A stretch of DNA of 64,000 nucleotides from Candidatus Eiseniibacteriota bacterium (GCA_963792585.1 CAWBWI010000001.1:288001-352000), one strand, 5' to 3'. Shown: positions 29,774 to 39,387, numbered from the stretch's first letter. The notes: a model not told the origin generated them from the letters alone. Translations and numbers: made by a program.

Positions 29774-30412
29774 ATGGGAAGGCCGTCGGTACACTTGATC
29801 AGGGGCGGAGCTCTGCCGTGTTCTCTGATCACTGTAGCACTGCTCGCGGTTTCTGCCCCGACCTTCGGGACCAATCTACTGATCAACGGGGGATTCGAAT
29901 CCGGCAATTCCGGATTTGCGAGCGAGTACATCTACTCATACAATCTGGATGCGTATGGAGAAGGCAAGTACTACGTCGGGTCGAATCCGCGGGATCATAA
30001 TCCACAGTTCTTCGACATGAGCGCCGAAGATGGATCGCTCATGATGATCGTGAACGGCGCCCTCCAACCCGGCGTCACCGTATGGCGCGAATCGGGGATC
30101 GGCGTCCAGCCGCATACGACCTACTCCTTCTCCGCCTGGGTAGCTGATGTCTCCGGAATGGAGCCGGCCATTCTTCAGGTCAGCGTCAACGGCGCGTTAC
30201 TGGGCACCATGACACCCACGCCCGGCATATGGCATGAGTTCCAGTTCACCTGGGATTCGGGGCCAAATACCTCGGCGGACGTGGCCCTGATTGATCTGAA
30301 TACCGACTGGAGTGGGAATGACTTCGCTATCGATAACATGACGCTGGAGGAGCAGACGCCTTCGCCGACAACGAAGAGCACATGGGGCCAGGTCAAGGGC
30401 ATCTATCGCTGA
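29774..30412 (+). CDS. Secreted carbohydrate-binding-like (jelly-roll) protein with TWG tag
   Basis: AGGAGG RBS; signal peptide; NLLINGGFESG...GNDFAIDN; ends PSPTTKSTWGQVKGIYR. Confidence 0.8.
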   Translation: MGRPSVHLIRGGALPCSLITVALLAVSAPTFGTNLLINGGFESGNSGFASEYIYSYNLDAYGEGKYYVGSNPRDHNPQFFDMSAEDGSLMMIVNGALQPGVTVWRESGIGVQPHTTYSFSAWVADVSGMEPAILQVSVNGALLGTMTPTPGIWHEFQFTWDSGPNTSADVALIDLNTDWSGNDFAIDNMTLEEQTPSPTTKSTWGQVKGIYR

Positions 30413-30449
30413 GCGCTTGTGCGTGAATCCGGGCTTGTCCCTCCCACAA

Positions 30450-30504
30450 GTGTGCCACGAAGATAATGGAATGAGGTCGAAGAACCGACTGACAGAAGTC
30501 ATGC
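30450..30504. repeat. Dispersed repeat family C, copy 2
   Basis: Ungapped match to 17484-17538. Confidence 0.8.
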
Positions 30505-30585
30505 TGCACGGAAGGCAAATGACTAACGCGGTCTCGCCTCCCACAACTTGATCTGCACGCTCCAGTCCGCCTCGGCCACGATGCC

Positions 30586-31855
30586 TGTCCCTTCCAAATA
30601 CCCCGTCCACGTTGCCTGATTTGAAGTTATCGACGGATCCGCGATAGGCTCCCCGTCATGCTTCTCACCATCTTCCGCACCTTGATCTCAGCATTCCATG
30701 CGCAACGGGCCCTCGCCATCGAGAACCTCGCCCTCCGCCACCAACTCCTTGTGCTCCACCGGGCTGCCAGGAGACCACGCCTGCGGGCGTCGGATCGCGC
30801 ACTCTGGGTCCTCCTGTCGCGGCTATGGTCCGGCTGGAGGGATTCGCTGATCGTTGTCCAACCGGAGACGGTCATCCGATGGCACCGCGAAGGGTTCCGG
30901 CTGTACTGGAGGTGGAAGAGTCGATCGAAGGGGTCAGGAAGACCGAGAGTCCCAACGGACGTCCGCGATCTCATCCGGCAGATGTCGAAAGCCAATACTC
31001 TCTGGGGTGCTCCGCGCATCCACGGGGAACTGCTCAAGCTCGGCATCGAGATCAGTCAGGCTGCCGTCTCGAAGTACATGGTGCGCCATCGGAAGCCGCC
31101 CTCGCAGAACTGGCGGACGTTCTTGGAGAACCACGCGAAGGAGGTCGTCTCGATTGACTTCTTCACCGTTCCGACGGTCACGTTCCGGGTCCTCTTCGTG
31201 TTCCTGATCCTGGGCAACCACCGGAGGCGGATCATCCACTTCAACGTGACGACGAACCCGAGTGCCGCCTGGACGGGGCAGCAGATCGTTGAGGCGTTCC
31301 CCTGGGACTCGGCACCGAGATACCTGATCCGCGACCGGGACGGATCTACGGGCACGACTTCGCTGGGCGGGTTGAGGGCCTGGGCGTCGAGGAAGTGCCG
31401 ATCTCAGCGCGTTCTCCTTGGCAGAACCCATACGTAGAACGGGTGATCGGATCGATTCGGCGCGAGTGCTTGGATCACGTGATCGTCTTTAGCGAGAGGC
31501 ATCTCCGGCGCGTGCTCAGGGGCTACTTCGAGTACTACCACGGATCCCGCACTCATCTTGGATTGGAGAAGGACTGTCCGGTCCGGAGAGAGATCGAGCC
31601 ACCCGACTTGGGACCGGTTCTCGAGGAGCCGATGGTTGGCGGGCTCCACTACCGGTACTCCCGTCGAGCCGCGTGAGCGTCACGAACTGCCCAACAACTT
31701 GATGTCCGCGGTTGCCGCGTCTCGCCGGCCTGCCCGCGCGAGATCGCCTATAGTCCTCCGAGCTTCCCTCGACGATCATCAAGTGCGCGAGATCAAGGCT
31801 AGGGATGGATAGACTGCCTTCCGTTCACTGGCCGGATGGCGCTGTAGGAGTCACA
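30586..31855 (+). mobile_element. IS481-like (rve integrase-core) insertion sequence
   Basis: TGT...ACA ends with imperfect IRs around the transposase; no clear target duplication. Confidence 0.75.
30658..31676 (+). CDS. Integrase-core DDE transposase; frameshift near 31343
   Basis: ENLALRHQL, WGAPRIHGEL, IDFFTV, LIRDRD, SPWQNPYVERVIGSIRRECLDH. Confidence 0.9.
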
Positions 31856-31876
31856 GCCCCGTCTCCTCCCCTGCGC

Positions 31877-33640
31877 CTAGGGCACGCGGATCGTCACCTG
31901 CCTGGTCTGGAGCACCTCCTGGGTCGTGCTGTCCTGCATGACCGCGATCAGGCGCAATTGGGGCGTGACATTGACCGCATCCGCCGAGAGATCGAAACTG
32001 ACCGCCGTGTCGAGCCAGTCTCCCTCGTCCGTGTTCCCAGTGCGCTTGAGATCGATCGTCTGCGAGTAGTCCCGCGCGACGCCGTTGAAATAGCTGTTGG
32101 GATAGATGGCTCGTTGCGTCCTCAGACTGTCCTTCACGTAGAAGGCGAACAACTGCGGCCGGTCGTAGCCGGCGAGGTCCTCGATCGCCACGCAGCGCAA
32201 GTCGGCGCGGAGGAGATCTCCGTCGAGGCGGACGTTGTGCCAGTACAGCGCAGCCGACCCCTCCTGGGCGTAGGTCTCCATGACAAAGCCCCGGTACATC
32301 CCCTCGATGTCGGGGAAGACGCTCCCGATGGTCTTGTCGAGGCCGTTGAAATAGGCGATGGGGGCCGCGTCACCCGTCTCGCGATAGAAGAGCAACCGGC
32401 CGGCGAGCGCCTGGTTGAAGAACGGATCCATCCCGCCCCACCTCACGTGCAGCAGGATGAATGGCAGCGCCTCGGGATCGAAGAACGGATCCTCCACGAC
32501 CCGTTCCGCCGCCGCATCCGCGACAGGGCAGTTGGGGCAGAAGGTTGACGTCAGCATCTCGATCAGCACTCCTCGGGGCTGCGGAAGCGCGCCGCGCGTG
32601 AAGGCGAATGCAGCCTCCGTGCCGCCCGACGTCCCCACCTGCACCGTCCGGATCGTATCCCCGATGGCGGTGAACCCGAGCGGCGCCTCGGTGTGGACGG
32701 AGACCTCGTGGCTTCCCGCGATGATGCACGGGAAGGTCGCGGGGGTCTGGAGGCCGGTATCGAGGCCGTCGAGGCGGATCGGAAGCTCGGAGGGGTTCGA
32801 CGTCACGTTCAGGATCGGGAAATCAAAGACAGCCTCGGCCGTTCCCGTCGAACCGAGCGAGACGGTCTGGAGCGTGTCCGGGCAGAGGCTGTAAGCGGGC
32901 GTCTCGGCCGGCCGGACCTTGACGAGATAGCTGCCGCTGGGGAGGCAGGGAATCGCCGCAGGCGTCGTGAGCCCGGTGGCAGCGCCGTCGATCCAGACGG
33001 GCAGACCGGACGGGGTCGAGCGCACCGAGAGGATCGCCGAACTCTGCTCGACGTGCACGTCGAGCGTGAGATCGCGTCCCTCCTCCAGGGTGACATTGAG
33101 CGACTCGGCGGGCGAAATCGTCACGCATTCCTTCCGCACGACGACGCTGTGCGGTCCGGGTTCGAGCAGATAGTCGAGTTCCTCGGCGTCGAGACTCTCG
33201 ACGACCAAGTTCCCGTCCAGCCAGACCTGCGCGCCGGTCTGGAGGCCCGGAACGTCGGGCAGGAAGCGGAGGTTCAGGAGGGCGCAACGCTGGACGATTC
33301 GAAAGTCGACCGTGGTCGCGCGACCGCCGACGAAATCGACGGCGAGCGACTCGGCGGGCTGCACGCGGGCGCAGTCCTTGCGCAGGACGAAGAGATGGCG
33401 CCCCTCGTTCATGAGGGTGTCCATCTCGGAGGCGGAGAGCGATCCGATCACCTTCTCCCCGTCGATCCACAACTCGGCGCCGTCGCGCAGCGCCGCGTTC
33501 TCCGCATCGAACCGCACCTTGACCTGCGTCATCCAGGGGGCTCGGAGGTCATCCTGGCAACCGCTGAGGATCCCTCCCAGGAGGATCGCGCCGAAGACGA
33601 ACAGAAAGGCGGCCAGCCTAGAAGTTCGTGAGGAATTCAA
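31877..33640 (-). CDS. Lipoprotein with PEGA repeats and C-terminal Omp28/thioredoxin-like domain
   Basis: Lipobox LSGC; VRSTPSG...IDG...TG..TP repeats; VLIEMLTSTFCPNCP. Confidence 0.75.
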   Translation of the reverse strand: MNSSRTSRLAAFLFVFGAILLGGILSGCQDDLRAPWMTQVKVRFDAENAALRDGAELWIDGEKVIGSLSASEMDTLMNEGRHLFVLRKDCARVQPAESLAVDFVGGRATTVDFRIVQRCALLNLRFLPDVPGLQTGAQVWLDGNLVVESLDAEELDYLLEPGPHSVVVRKECVTISPAESLNVTLEEGRDLTLDVHVEQSSAILSVRSTPSGLPVWIDGAATGLTTPAAIPCLPSGSYLVKVRPAETPAYSLCPDTLQTVSLGSTGTAEAVFDFPILNVTSNPSELPIRLDGLDTGLQTPATFPCIIAGSHEVSVHTEAPLGFTAIGDTIRTVQVGTSGGTEAAFAFTRGALPQPRGVLIEMLTSTFCPNCPVADAAAERVVEDPFFDPEALPFILLHVRWGGMDPFFNQALAGRLLFYRETGDAAPIAYFNGLDKTIGSVFPDIEGMYRGFVMETYAQEGSAALYWHNVRLDGDLLRADLRCVAIEDLAGYDRPQLFAFYVKDSLRTQRAIYPNSYFNGVARDYSQTIDLKRTGNTDEGDWLDTAVSFDLSADAVNVTPQLRLIAVMQDSTTQEVLQTRQVTIRVP

Positions 33641-35090
33641 GTCGACCTCCCTCGAACGGGTCTTCGAATTTGCAGATGCCGCCGGAGCAGACCATTCCGC
33701 CCCGGATGGTGCCCCCCGACAGGGTCAGTTGTCCGGCCGCGCCCAAACGGATCATCCAGGAAAACCATGCCCAGTTGTCTCGAGTGAGGCCCTCCTCGTC
33801 GGTCCACTCGAACGTCGCCCCCCAGGAGAAGCGGGGCGATCTCGCCAGCGTAAACGTCAGGACATTGTCCCGGTACTCGAGCGGCAGCAGGTAGGAGGCG
33901 GTCGCGAGATCCAACTTGCGGGTCTCTTGCGTCTCGAGTCCAACCTCGCCGCTCCAGTTGCCCCAGACGGGCGTCAGCCAGTTTCCGCCATAGGTGATCC
34001 GCTCGAAGAAGACTCGGTCGAAACCTTCCCGAACCTTCTCCTCGGTCTCGCCTGCGTAGCCGATCAGATGCGATCCGCGCCAGTCGGCCTGGACATCTCC
34101 ATAGATCTCCCACGCGGGCAGGTCCTGATGGCGCGCGAGCGAGCGGCTCCAGTCAACCGATGTGGTGACCGCGTCGGAGACCTTCCACACGACGTTCGCC
34201 TCGCCTCCGTACTCGTCCGCCAAGCGGATGTTCGGGACGTGGGAGCCTCGCCCGAGAAGGGTGGTGGCGTGCTGCGGGACGGTCGTTGGCGGGCTCACGT
34301 AGGCGTGTTTGAAGCGGAGGAGGTCCTTTCCCTCGAGTGTGACCGAGATCGGGCCGAAGCTGCCGATCGCGGCGCCGTACGCGCCATGGCCGTCGTCGGG
34401 AACCCCGCGCCCCGCCCTCTCGGGATCGTATCGGTGGATGGCATACTCCGCCGTGAGGTCGATCCCCCCCGGCAGGGGACCATTGGCCTGGGCGCCGAAC
34501 AGACCGTCACGACCGAACACGGGATCGTCGCCCCGCACCGAGTCGATGACCGCGCCGTTGAGCCCGACCGTCCAGCCGCGCCCCGCGTCGACACGGCTGG
34601 AGAGCGCCTTGACCATCGTGCTCGGGGTCCCGATGGAATTCGTCCCGACGATCGACTCGAGCGTCAAGCGCTTGTACGTGCCCTGCGCGTAGAAGCCGTC
34701 CACCGCATTGTCGTAGTCGACCACCTGGTCCTCCACGATCCTCAGAACCAGTCCCGAGCCGAACGTGGCATAGCTGTCTCCCAGGCGGAGCTCGATGTCG
34801 TCGGTCGCCGCCGTGACCCAGCGCTTGCGGATCCCTTCCTGGCGGGGGCCATACTTGTTTCGATCGAGGCGGGTGTGATCGGACGGAGCATGCGACAGAA
34901 AGACGAGGCCTACCCCGAAGCGGCGGTAACTGATCCCCAGATCGAGGCGGTCGTCCACCGTACTCTCATTGAGTTCCGAGCTGTAGTCGGCCTCGAGTTG
35001 GTTCGTGGCCCAGATGTTGGCCTCCTGCGCGCTAGTGGTCGACGCGATTGCTGCGATTCCGAGGAGGAGAAGAGCGGCCGCCCCCCTCAC
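33618..35090 (-). CDS. Outer-membrane protein, DUF6029-like
   Basis: Signal peptide; LGDSYATFGSGLVL; C-terminal RGGMVCSGGICKFEDPFEG. Confidence 0.7.
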   Translation of the reverse strand: MRGAAALLLLGIAAIASTTSAQEANIWATNQLEADYSSELNESTVDDRLDLGISYRRFGVGLVFLSHAPSDHTRLDRNKYGPRQEGIRKRWVTAATDDIELRLGDSYATFGSGLVLRIVEDQVVDYDNAVDGFYAQGTYKRLTLESIVGTNSIGTPSTMVKALSSRVDAGRGWTVGLNGAVIDSVRGDDPVFGRDGLFGAQANGPLPGGIDLTAEYAIHRYDPERAGRGVPDDGHGAYGAAIGSFGPISVTLEGKDLLRFKHAYVSPPTTVPQHATTLLGRGSHVPNIRLADEYGGEANVVWKVSDAVTTSVDWSRSLARHQDLPAWEIYGDVQADWRGSHLIGYAGETEEKVREGFDRVFFERITYGGNWLTPVWGNWSGEVGLETQETRKLDLATASYLLPLEYRDNVLTFTLARSPRFSWGATFEWTDEEGLTRDNWAWFSWMIRLGAAGQLTLSGGTIRGGMVCSGGICKFEDPFEGGRLEFLTNF

Positions 35091-35644
35091 TTCTCGTCGC
35101 CGGAGCCAGCGGTCCCCGTCCCCCCCAACAACCCCACGAGCTTCTGCTCCAGCACTTTTTCATCCCCCCTCATGTATCCCTGCGTGAAGTGGACGACCGT
35201 CCCATCCTTCGCGATCAGGAAGGAGGTCGGGTAGTTCTTGACGTTGAAGGCATTGCCGACCAGCTTGTTCGGATCGGCGAGCACGATCGACTGGATCTTC
35301 ATCTGCGTGATGATCCCTTTGACCTTCTGGATGCTCTTCTGATCGTCCTGCGCGACCAGAAGCACCTTGAAGCCCTTGTCCTTGTACTTCAGATAGAGCT
35401 TGTCGAGTTCGGGGATCTCGTTCTTGCACGGTTTGCAGTAGGTCGTCCAGAAGTCGACGAAGACAGGACCCTCTGCGAGAAGCTCCGCGAGGTGGAAGCT
35501 CTTGCCGTCTAGATCCTTCGCGGTGAAATCCGGAGCCTTGTTGAGTCCGGCAGGCGCCTGTGCGCATGCGGGAGCGGTGACGAGGAGAAGGCAAAGGACC
35601 GATAGACACGCGGCGACCACGGCGAACGAAACGGAACGTCTCAC
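35087..35644 (-). CDS. TlpA-family thiol-disulfide reductase
   Basis: APDFTAKDLDG, VDFWTTYCKPC, YPTSFLI; GTG start after GGAGG chosen. Confidence 0.9.
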   Translation of the reverse strand: MRRSVSFAVVAACLSVLCLLLVTAPACAQAPAGLNKAPDFTAKDLDGKSFHLAELLAEGPVFVDFWTTYCKPCKNEIPELDKLYLKYKDKGFKVLLVAQDDQKSIQKVKGIITQMKIQSIVLADPNKLVGNAFNVKNYPTSFLIAKDGTVVHFTQGYMRGDEKVLEQKLVGLLGGTGTAGSGDEK

Positions 35645-35713
35645 GGCGGCTGTCCCTCCGGGGGGCAGCGGGAGCGTACCCCCAACATGGTGAAAGAACA
35701 CAAGTTCTCCTTT

Positions 35714-35741
35714 ATTGTAGGGTAAGCTCGTAAAGTGTCAA
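35714..35741 (-). promoter_or_regulatory. Sigma70-type promoter of the TlpA operon
   Basis: TTGACA-16-TACAAT on the minus strand. Confidence 0.65.
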
Positions 35742-35801
35742 CCATACCGGCGGCGTACGCCCCGGACACGGCGGATGGGCCGCGCATCCAGGAGGGGACC
35801 G

Positions 35802-36974
35802 ATGGCGGAGATCCACCCGTTGCTGCCGGACCTGTTCGTCCGGCAACTCGAATCGCGGGATGGCGATGGGGTCTTGCGGTCGATCGAGAACGCCGGCGAA
35901 CTCGGCGACGGGTCACGGCATCTGGTGCGGGCGATGCGCCGTTTCGCGGCATATCATCGCGCTCGGCCGGGGGAGCCGCATGCCTCGGTGGTGGTCGACG
36001 CAGTCGCCGATTTAGTCCCGGCATATGAGGACGCGTACCCTGCGCTCCTGTTCGCCTCCGCCGCGGCGTACTTGATGCAGTTACCGACGAGCGCTCCCCG
36101 AATCGACCTCTTCCATATTGCACCCAGCGCCCCTTCGGTCGACGTCGTTCCCGTCGCCTCGCTCGAGGACGCGCTCTGCGAAGCGAATCTGGAGGACACC
36201 TGCCGGACGATCGCGAGGCTGGCGCATGTCATTCGAACCCGCGAGTACTTCCTGGAGCTTCTCCTCGACGGCGTCGCGCCCGAGCTGTCGCCCGAAGGAC
36301 ATCTGCTCGTGCACGCGGACGCGACGGTCAAGTGCCTCGATGACATGGAGTGGGAGGCGGGACGGGGATTGGCTTACCGGCTGATCGAGGCGTTGAGCGA
36401 GCAGTCGCTCGAACCGGCTCCCGGGATCTGGACGACCCCGCCGCCCGTGCCGTGCCGTGCCGGCTTCCTCGCGACCTTGGGAATGGCGGCGCCCGAAGCG
36501 ACCTGGCTCTACCTCGCCCATGCCTTTCAGGCGGAGCGCTACGCGCAGGTCCGGATCAAGGGCGTGCGGGCGGGGCTGCGGGGTTGGATCGCCGCGCGTC
36601 TCTTCGACGGAGATGAAGTGCGGATGCAGGCGGAGGAGGGGAGACTGCCGCCTCGAGAGTCGAGCGGCGCGGGGAAGCCCGCACCGCGACTTGCCGAGGC
36701 GGAAGGCAGTGCCCTCGCCTCGGCGATCGCGGCCGGCCGCCCGGAAGCGATCGGACAAACCGCGGGAATCGCCGCGGCGGGAGGGGATGTCGATCCTCTC
36801 TATCGGTGGATCGGAGAAACCGCGCTCCCGCCTCTGGAGGCGGGGGACCCGCGGCCGATCCTGGCGGTGAACGCAGCGCGATGGGGAGCCCATCTGCTCG
36901 GGTCGCATGGGGCCGGGCCGCTGACCGCGCGTTTGATCGAGCGGCTTCATGACTTCGCGCGCGGCGGATCCTGA
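35802..36974 (+). CDS. Hypothetical protein
   Basis: AGGAGG RBS; long ORF heading a co-directional gene run. Confidence 0.7.
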   Translation: MAEIHPLLPDLFVRQLESRDGDGVLRSIENAGELGDGSRHLVRAMRRFAAYHRARPGEPHASVVVDAVADLVPAYEDAYPALLFASAAAYLMQLPTSAPRIDLFHIAPSAPSVDVVPVASLEDALCEANLEDTCRTIARLAHVIRTREYFLELLLDGVAPELSPEGHLLVHADATVKCLDDMEWEAGRGLAYRLIEALSEQSLEPAPGIWTTPPPVPCRAGFLATLGMAAPEATWLYLAHAFQAERYAQVRIKGVRAGLRGWIAARLFDGDEVRMQAEEGRLPPRESSGAGKPAPRLAEAEGSALASAIAAGRPEAIGQTAGIAAAGGDVDPLYRWIGETALPPLEAGDPRPILAVNAARWGAHLLGSHGAGPLTARLIERLHDFARGGS

Positions 36975-36988
36975 CCGCGGCGGGACGT

Positions 36989-37948
36989 ATGAACGCGACC
37001 GAGGCGGCTGCTGCGAAGGAACGGATCCTCTCCTGGGGCGCGGAACTCGGACTGAGCGCCATCGGGATCGCCCTGCCCGAACCGCCCGCGCGGTCCGGCT
37101 TCCTGCTCGAGTGGTTGAGGCGCGGGTACCAGGCTTCGATGGGCTATCTCGGGCGCTCGCCCGAAGAGCGCGGCAATCCGGACGCAATCCTGCAGGGCTG
37201 CCGCGCGGTTCTATGCGCGGCGCTCGACTACGGCGGCGGGGAGGATCCCGCGGCCGACGATCCCAGTCTCGGCCGCATCTCCCGGTATGCATGGGGAGAC
37301 GACTATCACGATGTCCTTGGAGAGAAGTTGCGGGCGCTGGCCGGACGGATCCGCGAATGCTGGCCCGATGCGCGCACCCGCGTCTCGGTCGACACCTCGC
37401 CCGTGCTCGAGAAGCCATTTGCCGCCGCCGCTGGCCTGGGATGGATCGGCAAGCACACCAACGTGATCGACCCGCGCCGCGGAAGCTGGTTCTTTCTTGG
37501 CGAAATCTTCACCGATCTTCCCCTTCCCCCGACCGGCCGATCGCCGACCATTGCGGGAGTTGCACCCGATGCATAGAGGTCTGTCCGACCGGCGCCATCG
37601 TCGAGCCGTATGTTCTGGACGCGAGCCGCTGCCTCTCCTACTGGAATATCGAGCATCGCGGTGAGATCGACGTGCGCTTCCATGCCGGGATGGGGAACTG
37701 GATCTTCGGATGCGACCTGTGCCAGGAAGTCTGTCCGTGGAATCGGGAGGCGCCCTTCGCGGCCGAGGAGCGGTTTGCGCCGCGCGGCGTGAACCTGGCG
37801 CGACCGCTCGAGGAGTGGTCGTCGTTGACGGCGGAGGGAATTCAAGGAGCGTTTCCGGGGTAGCGCGGTGAAGCGCGCGCGCCACGACGGATTCGTCCGG
37901 AACGTCGCGATCGCCGCCCGCAATGCGGCGATCGAGGGGGAGAGGCCA
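36989..37948 (+). CDS. queG: Epoxyqueuosine reductase; frameshifts near 37530 and 37838; no stop before the next domain
   Basis: ISRYAWGDDYH, VDTSPVLEK, GWIGKH, CGSCTRCIEVCPTGAI, FGCDLCQEVCPWN, RNVAIA. Confidence 0.9.
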
Positions 37949-38248
37949 ATGCGCGATCCCAAGGCGGAGGTCCGTCTCTATGCGGCCGCATGGTCGCCCG
38001 AGTGTCGGATCGCCCGCCGTTTCCTGGAGCGTCACAAGATCCCCTTCCGCTGGGTCGACGTCGACGCCGACCCGGGAGCCGGCGACGAACTCCAGCGCGG
38101 CTCCGGTAGCAGGATCGTCCCGGCGATGCGGATCGGTGATCGCTGGGTGGCCGTCCAATCCCGGGAGAAGGGCTTCCTCTACCGTGAGGCGGCAGTCGCT
38201 CTCGACATTCCGATCGGGGAGATTCCCGAACTGGACGGGCGCGCGTGA
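37949..38248 (+). CDS. Glutaredoxin-like domain (SPEC motif), in frame with the QueG C-terminus
   Basis: LYAAAWSPECRIARRFL...VDVD...IVP. Confidence 0.75.
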   Translation: MRDPKAEVRLYAAAWSPECRIARRFLERHKIPFRWVDVDADPGAGDELQRGSGSRIVPAMRIGDRWVAVQSREKGFLYREAAVALDIPIGEIPELDGRA

Positions 38249-39072
38249 TCTCCCGAAGCGTGCGGATCCCTCGGGCCGGCGATCGCCCGCTTGCGGGAAA
38301 CCTGCACGAGGCCGAGACGCCGTCCGGGGCGCTCCTCGTCATTCACGGTTTCAAGGGATTCAAGGACTGGGGCTTCTTCTCCAGCCTATGTGATGCGCTC
38401 GCTCGCGGCGGGGTGACGGCGCTGCGCTTCAATCTCGGCGGCTGCGGAGTTCGCGAGGACGGCGATCGATTCGACGACGTCGAGGGCTTCGAGGCGAACA
38501 CCTATGGACGCGAACTCGACGACGCGACGGTCGCCCTCGAGTGGCTGCGCGCCGAAACCCGAGACGTGCCCATCGGCCTGTTCGGGCACAGCCGGGGCGG
38601 CGGAATGGCGATCCTGCTCGCCGCGGAGCCGGCGCGCGTCCGCGCCCTGGTGACGTGGTCGGCGATCTCGCATCCGAACCGCTTCGGCGAAGAGTCGATC
38701 GCCGCCTGGGAACGGGGCGATCGTGTGCCGATCGTCAATAGCCGCACCGGTCAGCTCTTTCGATTGCGCAGGGAGATCCTGGACGAGTTGCGCGCGGAAC
38801 CGGCCCGATTCGACATCGCGGCGCATGCGCGTCGCATCGACATCCCTTGGTTGATCGTTCATGGCGAGCAGGACGAGACGGTCCCTCCGGGCGAGGCGCG
38901 CGATCTGTTCGGGGCTTCGATGAAGGGATCGCGGACGGCCAGGCTCCTCATGATTCCGGAAGGGGGACACACCTTCGGGGCCGTTCACCCTTACGCGGGA
39001 GAGCCCGAGCCGTTGCGCGTCGCGGTCGAGGAAACGGTTGCGTGGTGCGCGCGAACCTTGGGGGCCGCTTGA
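38245..39072 (+). CDS. Alpha/beta hydrolase
   Basis: HGFKGFKDWG, GHSRGG, HGEQDETV, GHTF. Confidence 0.9.
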   Translation: MISRSVRIPRAGDRPLAGNLHEAETPSGALLVIHGFKGFKDWGFFSSLCDALARGGVTALRFNLGGCGVREDGDRFDDVEGFEANTYGRELDDATVALEWLRAETRDVPIGLFGHSRGGGMAILLAAEPARVRALVTWSAISHPNRFGEESIAAWERGDRVPIVNSRTGQLFRLRREILDELRAEPARFDIAAHARRIDIPWLIVHGEQDETVPPGEARDLFGASMKGSRTARLLMIPEGGHTFGAVHPYAGEPEPLRVAVEETVAWCARTLGAA

Positions 39073-39159
39073 CACCCACGCGAAGACGCCGATAGCCTGA
39101 GTCGGTCCGGCGTTCGCCGGCGCGTGCCCGAGCGCTTCGTCGTCATCATGGAGGTCGCA

Positions 39160-39387
39160 ATGCTGGAACGTGAGTCGGTCGAAGAGGTGCTGAATCGGCG
39201 GATCCGCCCCGCCCTCGTGATGGACGGTGGGAACATCGATCTGGTCGAGGTCAAGGACAACAAGATCTACGTGCAGCTCGTCGGCGCCTGCGGGCACTGC
39301 CCGAGCGCGATGATGACGCTGCAGTTCGGCGTCGAGAGGCTTCTGAAAGAGGAGTTCCCCGAACTCGAGGCGGTGATCACCGTCTAA
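39160..39387 (+). CDS. NifU/NfuA-like Fe-S cluster protein
   Basis: IRPALVMDGGNI, GACGHCPS. Confidence 0.9.
   Translation: MLERESVEEVLNRRIRPALVMDGGNIDLVEVKDNKIYVQLVGACGHCPSAMMTLQFGVERLLKEEFPELEAVITV

Noticed and set aside
10369..30412. Classical integron cassette array
   Set aside because: No tyrosine recombinase in the window, no canonical RYYYAAC...GTTRRRY attC sites, and several genes have their own promoters.
14674..30504. CRISPR array
   Set aside because: Repeats are 55-230 bp, diverged and kilobases apart; no cas genes.
33312..35234. Long antisense ORFs (also 47649-49409, 41227-42681 and others)
   Set aside because: Shadow frames of high-GC genes with no recognisable motifs.
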